A model generated the notes under the pieces. The model had not been told where the DNA came from, did not search any database, and saw nothing but the letters and a program-made list of their open reading frames with translations. From the human T2T-CHM13v2.0 reference genome, Homo sapiens: a stretch of 64,000 nucleotides of DNA. Positions 14,066 through 26,726 of this stretch are shown piece by piece (within the stretch, counting starts at the first letter, position 1; each line of letters starts with the position of its first letter). The position numbers and the translations under genes are program-made. Location of the stretch: assembly GCF_009914755.1 (NCBI RefSeq), contig NC_060935.1. The stretch is one strand, 5' to 3'.

Positions 14066-15104
14066 CAGGTAGGGTGGAGGGCGTGTTTAGATAGCTTTTG
14101 GCTCTGGGAACTTGCCATCTGAGTGCATGGCACAGAAAGGTTTACCCCGGCCTCTTTTCTGGGTGTCAACAGGTTAGAAAGCCCCAAGAGGCAGAATCTT
14201 GGATTCCTGCTTCATCTTTGCTGTTCCTCACTCTATAGCTATCTGCTGGGACTGGTCCTCATTGCTTCTGTCACCTGCTCCTGAGAAGGGGGTGAGGCGA
14301 TCATTTCTGCTTCCTCTCTGTAGCACCAGAAGGCTCTAACCTGCTATCTCAGGATTCCCACAAATAGGAAGTGCTATATTTTCTTTTGCATAAAAGATTT
14401 TAGCCTATATGGCCCCACCTTCTACTTGCGTCACCCTTCTCTCCTCCCATACCATCCCCCTCGACAAGCTGTCCTAGAATATCGAGACGCTCTCATTCTA
14501 ATTGGAATTGTACACCCACCGATGGGTGCCCTGAGTGGTACTGAGCTCTCCATTACTGGAGGTGACCAAAGTTAATACACTCTTGTAGCTGCCCTGACAC
14601 AAAGGGGAATCCTGCATGGTTGAGAAGTTGAGCAGGAGAACTTGAGGAAGTCACTTCCCACCTTTAGATTCCATGATTCCTTCAAGTACCTAGCATGGAG
14701 CTAGACAATGGGAGAGACTTTGGAGAGAATTGAAGTGCAGTCTCTGGCCTCAGAGTATATGCAGTTCAGTTGGGGAGATAAAACAAATGCATAAGAGATC
14801 CCTAGAAAAATCTGGGGCCGGCACAATTGCCCTAGGACACAAAGAAGAAACCTGGACAGTGGGAAGGCATGGGAACCCTGGAAATAGCACAGAGTAGAGG
14901 TGAAAATGAGTCAGACCTCTCCTTCCTCATACAGAGTTGAATCTGGCCTCCCCAAACACTTCCCAGTGCCCTAGGCTGCTGCCTTGGGTCACTCAGAACA
15001 GAATCTGCACATTACATCTGCAATGGGCTGCCCCAGCTCTTGCCACTCTGCCTCTTCCCGCTGTAGGGTGAAGACTCCCTGTTGTCTGCTAAGCTCTTCT
15101 TATG

Positions 15105-15350
15105 AGGGTGGCAGCAGAGCGTGGGTTTAGGAGCATGTGTTCTGGAGCCAGATCTCCCAGATTGGAATCTTGACTGCACAACTTCCTAGCAGGATGACCT
15201 TGAGCAAGTTATTTCAGCTTGCTGTGCTTCAGCCTCTCATCCCCCAAAGTGGGCTGATAATGGTGCCTGCCTCACAAGGGCAGAGTGAGTTAATAGTTGT
15301 GCTGGGGACTTGAAAGAGTGCTCAGGATACAGCATCACATGTTTGTAAAA
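15105..15350 (+). mobile_element. MIR SINE
   Basis: tctggagccaga...gaatcttgact...tgaccttgagcaagttattt...tgcttcagcctctcat...gataatggtgcctgcctca. Confidence 0.75.
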
Positions 15351-15684
15351 TTAAATACAGGACATGACTTTAGCCCCTTCCCCCACATGCTTTCATTGTT
15401 CTCCTGCGGAGGTGCTGGGGGTGTCAGTGCCTCCTTTATGGTGGGAGAGCCGGGACTGAGCATGGAACTTCAGAGGCAAAAGACCTTGACCTCACTCAGT
15501 CTGGCCAATATTTTATCAGTGCAGCCCCACCCAAGATTCTCATGTTTAGATGATAGTGACCTCATCATGTTCTTACCGTGTCTCAAGCTGGCTTTCAACC
15601 AAAACTTGAGTCTATTTTCCACGTGTTGCAGAGAAACGGGCTCCACCCCTTCTTGTACCTGTACAGCCAAACATTTTTTCCCTG

Positions 15685-16052
15685 CTTTATTTTTATTTTT
15701 TAACCTTTGTTTTAGGTTCAGGGGTTATAACAAATGTGAAGGTTTGTTGTATAGGTAAACAACACGGGGGTTTGTTGTATGGATTATTTCATCACCCAGG
15801 TACTAAGCCTGGTACCCAATAGTTCTTTTTTTCTGCTCCTCTCCCTCCTCACATCCTCCACCCTTAAGGAGACCCTAGTGTATTTTGTTCCCCTCTATGT
15901 GTCCATGAGTTTTCATCAGTTAGCTCTCACTTATAAGTAAGAACATGCAGTATTTGGTTTTCTGTTCCTGTGTTAGTTTACTAAGGATAATGGCCTCCAG
16001 CTCCATCCGTGTCCCCGCAAAAGACATGATCTCATTCTTTTTCATGGTGCAG
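15685..16052 (-). mobile_element. Older L1PA 3' end, 5'-truncated
   Basis: ttttaggttcagggg...ttatttcatcacccaggtactaagc...ctccatccgtgtccccgcaaaagacatgatctcattc; translation KKNEIMSFAGTRMELEAIILSKLTQEQKTKY matches the ORF2 C-terminus. Confidence 0.92.
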
Positions 16053-19000
16053 CCTAACTTTGTAAGAATAGAATTGTCCCTTTCCCACTCTCTGCTACTA
16101 TGGGACATGTGAACTGCTACCCCAGCCTGTCAAGGTCTTTTTGGGGTCCAGGTCCTCCTGTTGGCCATACGGATGGGGTCTTCATGCCCAGGAGCATCTG
16201 AGAGTCTACAGACAGTGGGCCACTGTGCTATCCTGCTGTGCTCACCATGGTCTTAGACAGAGAGAGGCCTCTGGGCTGGGGTGGTGCTGAGAGAACAGAC
16301 CCGGTTTTTCAGGTCTTCTCTTTGGTCCTGGTGGTCTGGAAACTTCCTTTGCCTTTACCAGAAAGCTTTACATCACTCACAGATCTTGTTCCAGTGAGGG
16401 ACAGCCCTCGGAATGTTCTTGTTCCCTTGAGGTCTTTCTGGCAGGTGATGACATGGCCTGCATGCTTGCCACCTTCCCTGTTCCCAGCTGCTGGGCCTCG
16501 ACTCTGGGCTGATACAAGTCTACCCTCTTCAGTCCCAACCAGCTCCTCTCTTGATCCTCCAGCAGCTTTTGGGGGGCTTTGAGCCCTTGGCAGAGAGCCT
16601 CCCCAAATTCAGAGGACCATGACCAAGCTCATCACTGCCCAACAGGGCAGGCCAGGCATGGTGGGGGTAAAAAGCTCAGCTCTTCTCTTGCTGCTTCCAG
16701 GAGGTGGACATTGCTGGATCTCCCAGGCCGAGCAGCATTGAGCGTGCCCGTTGTACCCCTGTCTGCTCCTCCAGCCCTCACTTAGCCCAGCCATCTGCAG
16801 TGCTAGGTGTGCAGCTCAGCCTTCAGCAGGCTGTGGGGCCCGAGGCTGTCAGACAGCGGATTCTCATCCCGCCTTCAGAGGTGCTGAGGAAACACGAGAT
16901 GCACCACCCACCCACGCCACGGTGACATATGTGGCTCTTCCACATGCCAGCCTTGGGATTCTCTAGTCTGGACACCCTGGGTGTGGGTACCGATATAGTG
17001 ACTTCCCTACCTTCCAAGTGGAAGGATCTGGTGCCTGTAGGGTAGCCAGAAGACAAGCAGGGTGAACTGGAGTTTTCTTCTGCCACTGGCTTCAGGATCA
17101 CAGGCTCAACTTGACCTCAGCGGGGAAGGCAATAGCGGGCTTGTCATGCTCAGCAGGGAGACTTCCAGCTGCTGAACATCTGCAGGGCCCACCAGATACA
17201 GAGCACATTTGTGCAGGGCATGTCCTTAAGAAGACCCTGACTTGGCACGGTTGTGGCCAGGGGAGTGACGCCAGGGGATGAAAGGAATGACCTCTCAAGG
17301 CGCCTCCTCACATGAGGTGCTCAGGTGGTGCCCGGGCAGATTCACACCTGAATCTGTCTTGCCGGGGGAGTAGAAAGGTTCTGGGACAGACAGGGACACA
17401 TGCTTCCCAAGATAGCACATCTGTCGTCTGAGCACCGTTCTGAGGCAGGTCGACACAGATTTATGCTGGTACACAAATTCAATAAACACCACCAGCCTCC
17501 TCCTTCCTGCAGGCAGCCTGCCTGGGAGGCTGAGGGCTCCACTGGGGTGAATTGGGACCCTGAGGCCTCTGTGGGAAGGGCACTTGAAGGATCCAGGTTC
17601 CAAGGGTAGGATCAAAAAAGCTGATGTGGCTCCTGCCTTCAGAAGTCCTGTGCGTGCCTCCGAGCAGGCCCAGATCTGGCTGGGTCACCTTGTGCCCTGT
17701 CTGCTCTACTGTAGCTCCAGCGCTTGTAAAATGAGGCTCGGCATTTCCAGTCCCTTCCTCTGTGGTCACTCAGTGTCCTGGAGTGATCCCTACCCATTTT
17801 CTTGTCCTCTTTTCACCCCACAGAGCCCTCTCAGCTCCTGGAAGGGCTGGGTGATGAAGACAGAACCATCCCATCCCGTCCCTCCTCTGGAGATTGTCCA
17901 GGGGCTCCTGCTCTGGAAGGGGGCAGTGAGGGCAGACCCCCTTGCAGGCCCAAGCTCTGCCCATCACTGGACGTTCTCTGTTGTGGGCTGGTGGGGTGGG
18001 CTGTGAGCAGGCCTCAGAAGTATCTGTCACCCTGCACTCAGCTTGCTGTTGGCGCAGAGAATCGGTCATGTCTGTGCTGCACTTCAGCCTTGTCATTTTA
18101 CAGATAACATGATGGAGGCCAGAGAGGGAAAGTGACTTGCCTGAGGCCCCAGAGCTGTCACAGAGTGGCAGAAATGGCTCAAAACCCGGGCCTCCTGGGT
18201 CTTAGCGTGATAAGCTTGCTGGTGTCCTGGGACGCTGACTGTGCCTTCCTGCCCCGGGAGGGACATAGTTCTGGCAGGGGCACTCAGGGCAGCTCTGCTT
18301 CCCACCAGAACAGGGAAGTGGGGTCTCACTCTATCCAGCCCCCGCCGCACTCCATCCTGACATCACTGGCCTGTGCTCCCTCCCCCTCTCACCCGAGGCA
18401 CCCGAGCTCTGGAGTTGACTATCTCAGAGAGGTCTGCGGGGAAAGGGTGGGTGTGCATTGCAAGGGGTGGGAACTCTGGCAGTGTAAAGGGCAGGGGTAG
18501 AAGCAGTGCCAGGGCATCAGGGCTATGGAAGCCCAGCATGCTATGCAGAGGCTGCTCCCCCAAGTCCCCTCCAGACTCCAGGGCCAAGAGCTTCAGATGC
18601 CACAGCTGCTGCCCTGCCGGGTGCCCCTCGCCTGCCACCACTGATTGCAGTATGTGCCGTTCCATTTTTAACAGTCCTGCCCGGCCCCGACTGCCTGAGC
18701 CGATCCAGAGGCGGGCCCTGCTCTTGATTGCGGCACTAAAAATACCGGCGAAGCCTCTGATGAGAGCAGGGGCTTGGTCTCCCCTTTGCCTGCACATCAG
18801 CTCTTTGCTGCCTCCCTGCAGAGTGGCATGGGGGGACCCTGGAGGCAGGGGCTGGGGGGCAAGGAAGCTCCATTACTCCCATGACCTTTGCAAGCATCTA
18901 GATAAAAAGCAGAATGGCTATCCCGATATTTGGAGACATGGCATCTGGGGCCTTTCTGAATGTTGGGATTCCCAGGTGTTTTGTGTTGGGTAGACACAGT

Positions 19001-19399
19001 CTCATGGTGTTTTGAGACTCCATGTGTGTGGTTTCCTGAGTCTGTGCTGGGGAGGGAAAGCTGGAAACTTTTCCAGGCCTCCAAGCTTTTTCCTCCTCCT
19101 CACTTCTCATTTCTGGTCAGTGGCCAAAATCTGAGGGTTCCACCTCCCGCATAATCCCTCCCACCTACTGCCTCCTTTCCAGTCCTGCTGCCTCCGCCTG
19201 GCTCTGACCTCTGGCTGAGCTTTCCCCTAGCTGCTAGGAGCCCCTCCAATTGCCCATACCTGTGCATGTCACCTGCTGCTGTCAGGATGATTTTCTAAAG
19301 CCCAGCTCCCATCAGCCACTGCTCCAGTCCAAAACCTAACCCCTTGGCCCAGCATATAAGACCCTCTATGATCTGAACTTGACAGATTGCTCTAGTCTG

Positions 19400-19708
19400 A
19401 TTTCTTTTCTCTCTCTTTCCTTTTTCCTTCCTTCCTTCCCTCCCTCCCTTTCTTTTTCTTTCTTTGTTTTCTTTCTTTCATCTTTCTTTCCTTTTTCTTT
19501 CCTTTCTTTTTCTCTCTTTTTCTTTTCTCTTTCTTTTTCTTTCATCTTTCTTTCCTTTCTTTCTTTCCTTTTTCTTTTTCTCTTTTTCTTCTTTCTTTTC
19601 TTTCTTTCTTTTCTTTCTTTCTTTCTTTCTTTCTTTTCTTTCTTTCTTACAGGGTCTCTCTCTCTCTTTCTTTCTGACAGGGTCTCACTCTGTCACCCCA
19701 GCTGGAGT
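19400..19708 (-). repeat. Polypyrimidine (TTTC/TC) tract ending in a ~30-bp Alu 3' remnant
   Basis: About 275 bp of nearly pure C/T, then gacagggtctcactctgtcacccca. Confidence 0.9.
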
Positions 19709-20082
19709 TCCTTAAAACTCATTGAGTGACCTCCCTGGGCCGGTTGGAAACAAGCTGTTCTCCCCGCGGGTGTCCAGGCCCTTGCCAAGGTATCTCAGGT
19801 TTGCCATCACTGGGCATGGGGGTGCTTCAAGGGAATGGGACCCAGGATCCACCCCTTGTTGGATTAACATGTTCACAGAAAGGGAGATGAGTGAATCTTA
19901 CCAGATGGGGCTGCCTGGTCTGGGGATAGTTGCTCGTCTGACCCAGGCATGGTGTTTGGGAAGCCGCTGGACAATATTCTACTATGTAAGCACTCCACTC
20001 CCCAGCCCTCCCCTCCCCACCTGCGAGCACGGACCCTAGAATGCCAGAGCTGCCAAGGCAGCTCCCTCTTGTTGACATATGA

Positions 20083-20421
<339 letters not shown>

Positions 20422-21879
20422 TGAGTCAAAGAACTAGAGCTACAGCGAAGGCCTCCCAGGTGCTTGTGAAGTGGATCTCCCAGCCCCACCCTCCACCATG
20501 GCCTCCTGCCTCCTTCATTCCCTTATCTAGAATCTCCTTCTCTCCCACTGAAATCCTGCCCATTCCTTAAGGGTTTGTCTGTCCCGTGAGCTACTAAAGC
20601 CCCTTTCTGTGTATCCTTTGGTAAGGGCTCTCCACTTCCCATCTCCCCTGCTGGACTGTGAGCTCCTGAGGACAGGGACTGCATTGGTTTCAAGTGTGTA
20701 ACCAGTTCAGTGTCTCCATGCATGTTTCCAGGGCTGCGTGCATGTTTCTGGAAGGAATCAATGAATGATCCAAAAGTCTGTTCCACTGAACTTGCATTTG
20801 ATGGCGGGTGTGGTTCCTCCTGTAGGAATTCACCCCACTTTAAGACCAGATGATGCAAACGCAGGCAGTAAGAGCCGCGGATGCCTCCCATCCCCTTCCA
20901 CTGGCTGTTAGCATCGCTGCCCGGACACTGCAAACACCAGCCCATAGAGGGCTGCCCTTTCTGTGAACGTGTTGTCTTTCCTGCTCACCTCTGCCCCGAG
21001 GGACGGGGAGGGTAATTATCTGCCGTGGTGTCAGAACTTTTATTTCTTGCTGCTGCTGGGCTTCCGCCACAGGGAGAGTAAGACGGAACAGAGATACCAG
21101 AAGAAAACATCAGCACGACAGTTAAGTGCCACATTTTATTTCTTTGGATTCGCTGGGTGTAAAGAGTATGTGTATGAATGTAGCACTTTTAGCAGAAGGT
21201 CCTCCCTGGTGGTGTTGAGAAGAGGCCGTGGTTCCTGCCATCTCTTCTGCCTCCTTCAGGTCTTAGGCGGGGAGGGTCTGGCAGCCTGGAGAGAGCAGCA
21301 GAAGCCCTCTTAAGCTTGCTGAAGGCCTGGGGGATTTATCAGAAGGATGCGGGAGTGCCTTGTGGGACCCACAGCCAGAAAAACATCCAGGTCTCAGGGG
21401 AGCTGAGAGGCTCCCAAACCCAGTGAGCTGCCTTCCCTCGCTATTTTCCCTCTCCGAGGCCACATTGGGTCTCGTCCCTGCTGCTCCCTCTGCTCCATTT
21501 TCCTGCCGTGCTCTGCAGATCTGCTTTCTTTGCTTACTCATCAACACACGGTCCTAAAATAGCTGCATGGGCCTCCCCCGGTCTACCCTGGCTGCCTGAT
21601 CTCAGCTTCGGGCCTAGCCACAGACTGACTCCCCAGCCCTGAGCCCCTTAGTTCTAAGATCTTAAGACAGAGTATCTGATTGGCTGTTGGTCACCAAGAG
21701 GCTGTCTCCTGCTGGAGCAGGTATCCATTGGTCCAATTGTCTGAAGCCAGCAGGCAGGGGCAGGTGGCCCTGGGGCTGCCTCCTTGGGATGGATTTGTTG
21801 GAAGGAGAGGCTAGGCAGGCAGGCCTCCCCTCTGCAGCTCTAGTGTCACCCAGGCCCACTAGGATCCAGTGAAAGACAG

Positions 21880-22205
21880 CATCTTACTCTCTTTTGTGCT
21901 GCTATAAGAGAATACCTGAGACTGGGCAGTTTATAACGAACAGAAATGTACTTCTCACAGCTCTGGAGGCTGGGAAGTCCAGGATTGAGGGGCCGGCATC
22001 TGGTGAGGGCCTTCTTTCTGCATCATCCCATGGCAGAAGGGCAAGAGAAGGAGCCTATGCCTGAAAGCCCTTTTAGTAAGCCCTCCCGTGAGGGTGGGGC
22101 CCTCACAGCCTAATGACCTCTTAAAGGCCCCAGCTGTTAACACTGTTACATGGAAATTAAATCCCAACATGAGTTTTGGAGGGGACAAGCATTTAAACCA
22201 CAGAA
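21880..22205 (-). mobile_element. MST/MLT1A-type MaLR solo LTR
   Basis: gctgctataagagaatacctgagactggg...ctggaggctgggaagtcca...caacatgagttttggaggggaca. Confidence 0.85.
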
Positions 22206-22583
22206 GGCAGTTTCCTTTTCAGACCCAAGAGTATTGGCAAGGGTACACCTCAACATGTTCCTGCAACTCATACCCGGGCAGACATGGAGCCCTCCTCCCC
22301 CTGAGCTATAGGCAGGGTGGCCCCGTGGCTGGGAGTGTGCAGTACCCCAATTCCTCCCCAACCCCATGCTCAGGCTCGAGTGAAGGCAGCCTCCTGGGAT
22401 ACTTGGCCCCTGATCCAGGGTAGCACAAGTGGCGTGATGATGAAGGCAGGAGTCAGGGACTCTAGCTGGGGTGAAGAGCCCTCCCAGGTGCTGTTGGGAG
22501 GGCCTCTAACATGCTGGTCTTGACCTGCAGGCTGTCTCCTGGGTCTGTTCTGAGCTCACCCATCTGAGGGTGTTTAATCCTTT

Positions 22584-23090
22584 TGCGGTGATTTAAAATA
22601 TGTATGCAATTATTTGATGTTCCCTTTAAAAGATGGAGCCAATTCTCCTCCCTTGAGTGTGGGCTGGACTTTGAGGCTCAGTTTTCACAAATAGAATATG
22701 GCAGAAGTTATGCCATGTGACTTCTGAGACTAGGTCATAAAAAGTATTGTGGTTTTCTCCTGGCTCTGTGGGAAGCAGCTGCCCTGTTATGAAGACACTC
22801 ACACAACCTCTTTATGAAACCTCCCCGTGGTGGGGAACTGAGGCGTCCTGCCCAGCACCATGCAAGTGAGCCACCTGGGAGGTGGATCTTCCAACCCCGG
22901 TTCTGCCTTCAGATGCCTGAAGCTTTGGCCAACTTCTTGACTGTGGCCACATGAGAGGACTTGAGCCAGAACCACCCAGCCAACATTCTCTCACAGCCTG
23001 TGACTCACACAAACTGAGATGATAAACATTTCTTTGTTTAAGCCAATAAGTTTGGGGATAATTTGTTACACAGCAATAGATAATGAATGT
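22584..23090 (+). mobile_element. MLT1F-like MaLR solo LTR
   Basis: cccttgagtgtgggctggac...gacttctgagactaggtcataaaa...gccagaaccacccagc...gttttggggataatttgttacacagcaatagataa. Confidence 0.85.
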
Positions 23091-23569
23091 ATCCCAAACT
23101 TGTTTGTTTTCCTCAGGTGTTTGGCAATTTGCAGGAAGGATTTTAACTCACTTTCCATTTTCTGCTAGGGGGAAATCAATGCCCATGGTGGCTGGGGCCC
23201 ACCCACCTGTTTCATAAGGACCTGGGAGGCTGAGAGGGGGGCCGTGTTACCACTTCCTCCTCCAGCGGGTGTCATCCTCCACCTTTCTGGCCCTGCGAAG
23301 CAGGGAAAATTCTCTGTCCTAACCCTAATGCCAGCCGCAGCCTCAGCCCTATCTCCTAGGCACATGTGTTATCTGAAGGCCTTCAGCCGTGTTCACCCCA
23401 AACCCTTTTCTTTAGTTGAAAGAAAAGGGCCTCAGCTCTTAAAGCCTCCACAAAGCCTCAGAGGTTCCTTGGACTGCTGGGTTACATGCTGAACCCGATG
23501 GATCCCAGCAGGCAGGGGTGTACATGGCAGAGTGGAAGTCCAGTGGGGGAAAAATACAGATAGAAGTCA

Positions 23570-23990
23570 GAGAGCTTTAGTTATGCTGCTCGTGAGGTCC
23601 CGTAGAAATTGCACAATTTCTTTTACCCTTTTGGGCCTCTGTTATCTCATCTGTAAAATGGGGCCTATAGTATTTGTCCTGTGTACTTACAAGATTGCTG
23701 TGGGATCAAATGAGAAAATAAATGTAAAAGTGTTTCATAAACTATAAAACACTTGACAAATGTGAGGATCAAAAACAAACGATTACAGAATTGCAGGTTT
23801 AGTCATCATTTGATCTAGCATTTTGTGAATACTTGCTATGCACCAGGGCTTCACATGCATTGCCTTATTTAATCTTGACAAGCTATTGCTGACAAGGTGC
23901 TATTATTTCCATCTCCCACTTTTGGATTAGGAAACCAGGGCTCAGTGAGGTGAACTGACTTGCTTGAAGCCCATGCACCCATTGCCACAT
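23570..23990. mobile_element. Two adjacent MIR fragments in opposite orientation
   Basis: ctcatctgtaaaatggg core at ~23645; aggaaaccagggctcagtgaggtgaactgacttgc at ~23930. Confidence 0.6.
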
Positions 23991-24270
23991 TTCCTAACCT
24001 GGGCCCTGACATGAATGACCACTCCTTGAAGAATTCAGAGAAATGGTGAGGCCCGTGAATAGCCCTGGGCTCTGGCCCCTTAGTTCCTCTCCCTGCTTCC
24101 TCCATCTGTCTGGCAGCTCCTCACCATCCTAAGTGTTTCCTTGGAGGCAAGACCCAGCCGAACATGCTTTATCTTGGGTGTGTCCTGGGGGAGCAGGAGC
24201 AAGATGTCTGCATAGCAAGCAGCAAACTGGCTCAGATTCTCTCAGGAACCATAAACCAAGCCCTGGTTTA

Positions 24271-24561
<291 letters not shown>

Positions 24562-24679
24562 CTATAGGGGGAGATTTGGTCTGTGAGAAGTTAAAAGCTC
24601 AGTTTGCAGCAGATAAGTTCTGGGAGATGGTCCCAGAGAGAGGTGGGTATCCATTAGCACTTGCGGCTTTGAAATCAGT

Positions 24680-24850
24680 GGTTTCCTGGGGTGGGGGATG
24701 GGGAAGGATATAAGGGAACTCTCTCAGGTGACGGAAATATTATGATGGGCTGGTGGTTACACAGGTGTACATGTTTGTCAGAATTCATTTTCTATACTCT
24801 TAAAATGGGTACACTTTATGTAAAGTATATGTCAATAAAAGTAATTTTTG
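24680..24850 (+). mobile_element. L1M 3' UTR fragment
   Basis: ggtgacggaaatat...ggtggttacacaggtgtacatgtttgtcagaattcat...tcaataaaa. Confidence 0.65.
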
Positions 24851-25434
24851 AAAAAGGCACTTTTTCTCTTCTGAAATGAAGATAGTTTCTATTACTCAAA
24901 TAAACAGACCTATCATTTGAACACGCACACACAAAATAAGACAAAAATGGGTGTGATTAGATATGTGTGTGTGTTTTCTTTTCTTTCTTTCTTTTTTTTT
25001 TTTTAAGAAAACCCCCCTGGCCTCCATCTGGAGACAAAATTGAATGGGAACAGGTGTTCCCATTCACTCGTGTGAGAAATTATCACACGAGTCCAGGCAA
25101 GCCAGGATGTCGGTGTGGACTCCAGTGATGGTGTGGATGGAGAAAGGGAGACAGAGGAACTGCTGGGACATGGAGCTTCCTTCCCTCTGGTCTAGGGACT
25201 ATCCTTGGCCTTCCGCTGGGCTCAAGGTTGGAGACTGGTCCCAGGTGAGACCAGGGGCTGCAAGGGAAGGACTCACATTCTGCCAAGCGCACATTTGTGG
25301 GTAGACACGCTTCCAGGCCTCTGCCCTTGCACTCCTTGAGCCCAGGCAGCCGACAGGCACATGGGCCTTGCCTTCCCTCCTGCTGCCATGCTTGCTGGCT
25401 CCCTAGCCCAGCCACACCTCAGGCTTTTGCAGCC

Positions 25435-25635
25435 TAGAGGACTCGGGTGTGAATCTGACCCCCTCCCTTGTCAGCTGTGTGGCCTCAGTCAGTGGCAGTC
25501 CCTTGAGCCTCATTTTTCTCATCTGTAAAATGGCAACAACAGCCACAGTGCCTGCAGGGTGCTATGTAGATTGGCCGAGCCTAAAGGCAGAGGTAATTCA
25601 TACCATTCCTGCATGTCACAAATGCTTGGCCTGAT
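25435..25635 (+). mobile_element. MIR fragment
   Basis: agctgtgtggcctc...tgagcctcatttttctcatctgtaaaatgg. Confidence 0.7.
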
Positions 25636-26177
25636 GATTTGCATTTCACATTCGCTCTCTCTTTCACTTACACTCCAAAATTAGCAGAAGGTGCAGCAGG
25701 GAAGGGTAATTCATTTCTCTACAGAATCGGTCACTTGCCCGGAGCACCCCTTCCTGTCCTGGGGTCCCCGCACCTGCTCTAGCCCCACCTCCCTTCTGGC
25801 CGGACCCTCCTGGGTTTGCCCAGGAGCCCCACTCACCTTGCTCGAGTGGGCATCAGCCCACCCTTCATCCTGTGCTCGTGCAGGTGGGCAGGGCTGGAGG
25901 CGCAGAGCACAGCCCACCCATGGAGGGCCTGACTCCCTCATCAGCCCATCCTGTAGGATTGCACCTGGTCCCCAGGAGCCAGGCCCGCTCCCAGCCCTCC
26001 TGGGAGGCCAAGGTAATTGGCTCAATTAATCAGCTCAATTAGCACCTTCTGGGTGAGCGAGCAGCTCAAAGCCTGCCCAGCCTCAGTCAAGGGTGCCCAG
26101 CCTGCCATCAGCTGCTGTGTGCCAGACCCAGTGCTGGGCATGACAGTAGGGGCAGAGGGCTCCCTGCCCCTCCCTAG

Positions 26178-26726
<549 letters not shown>

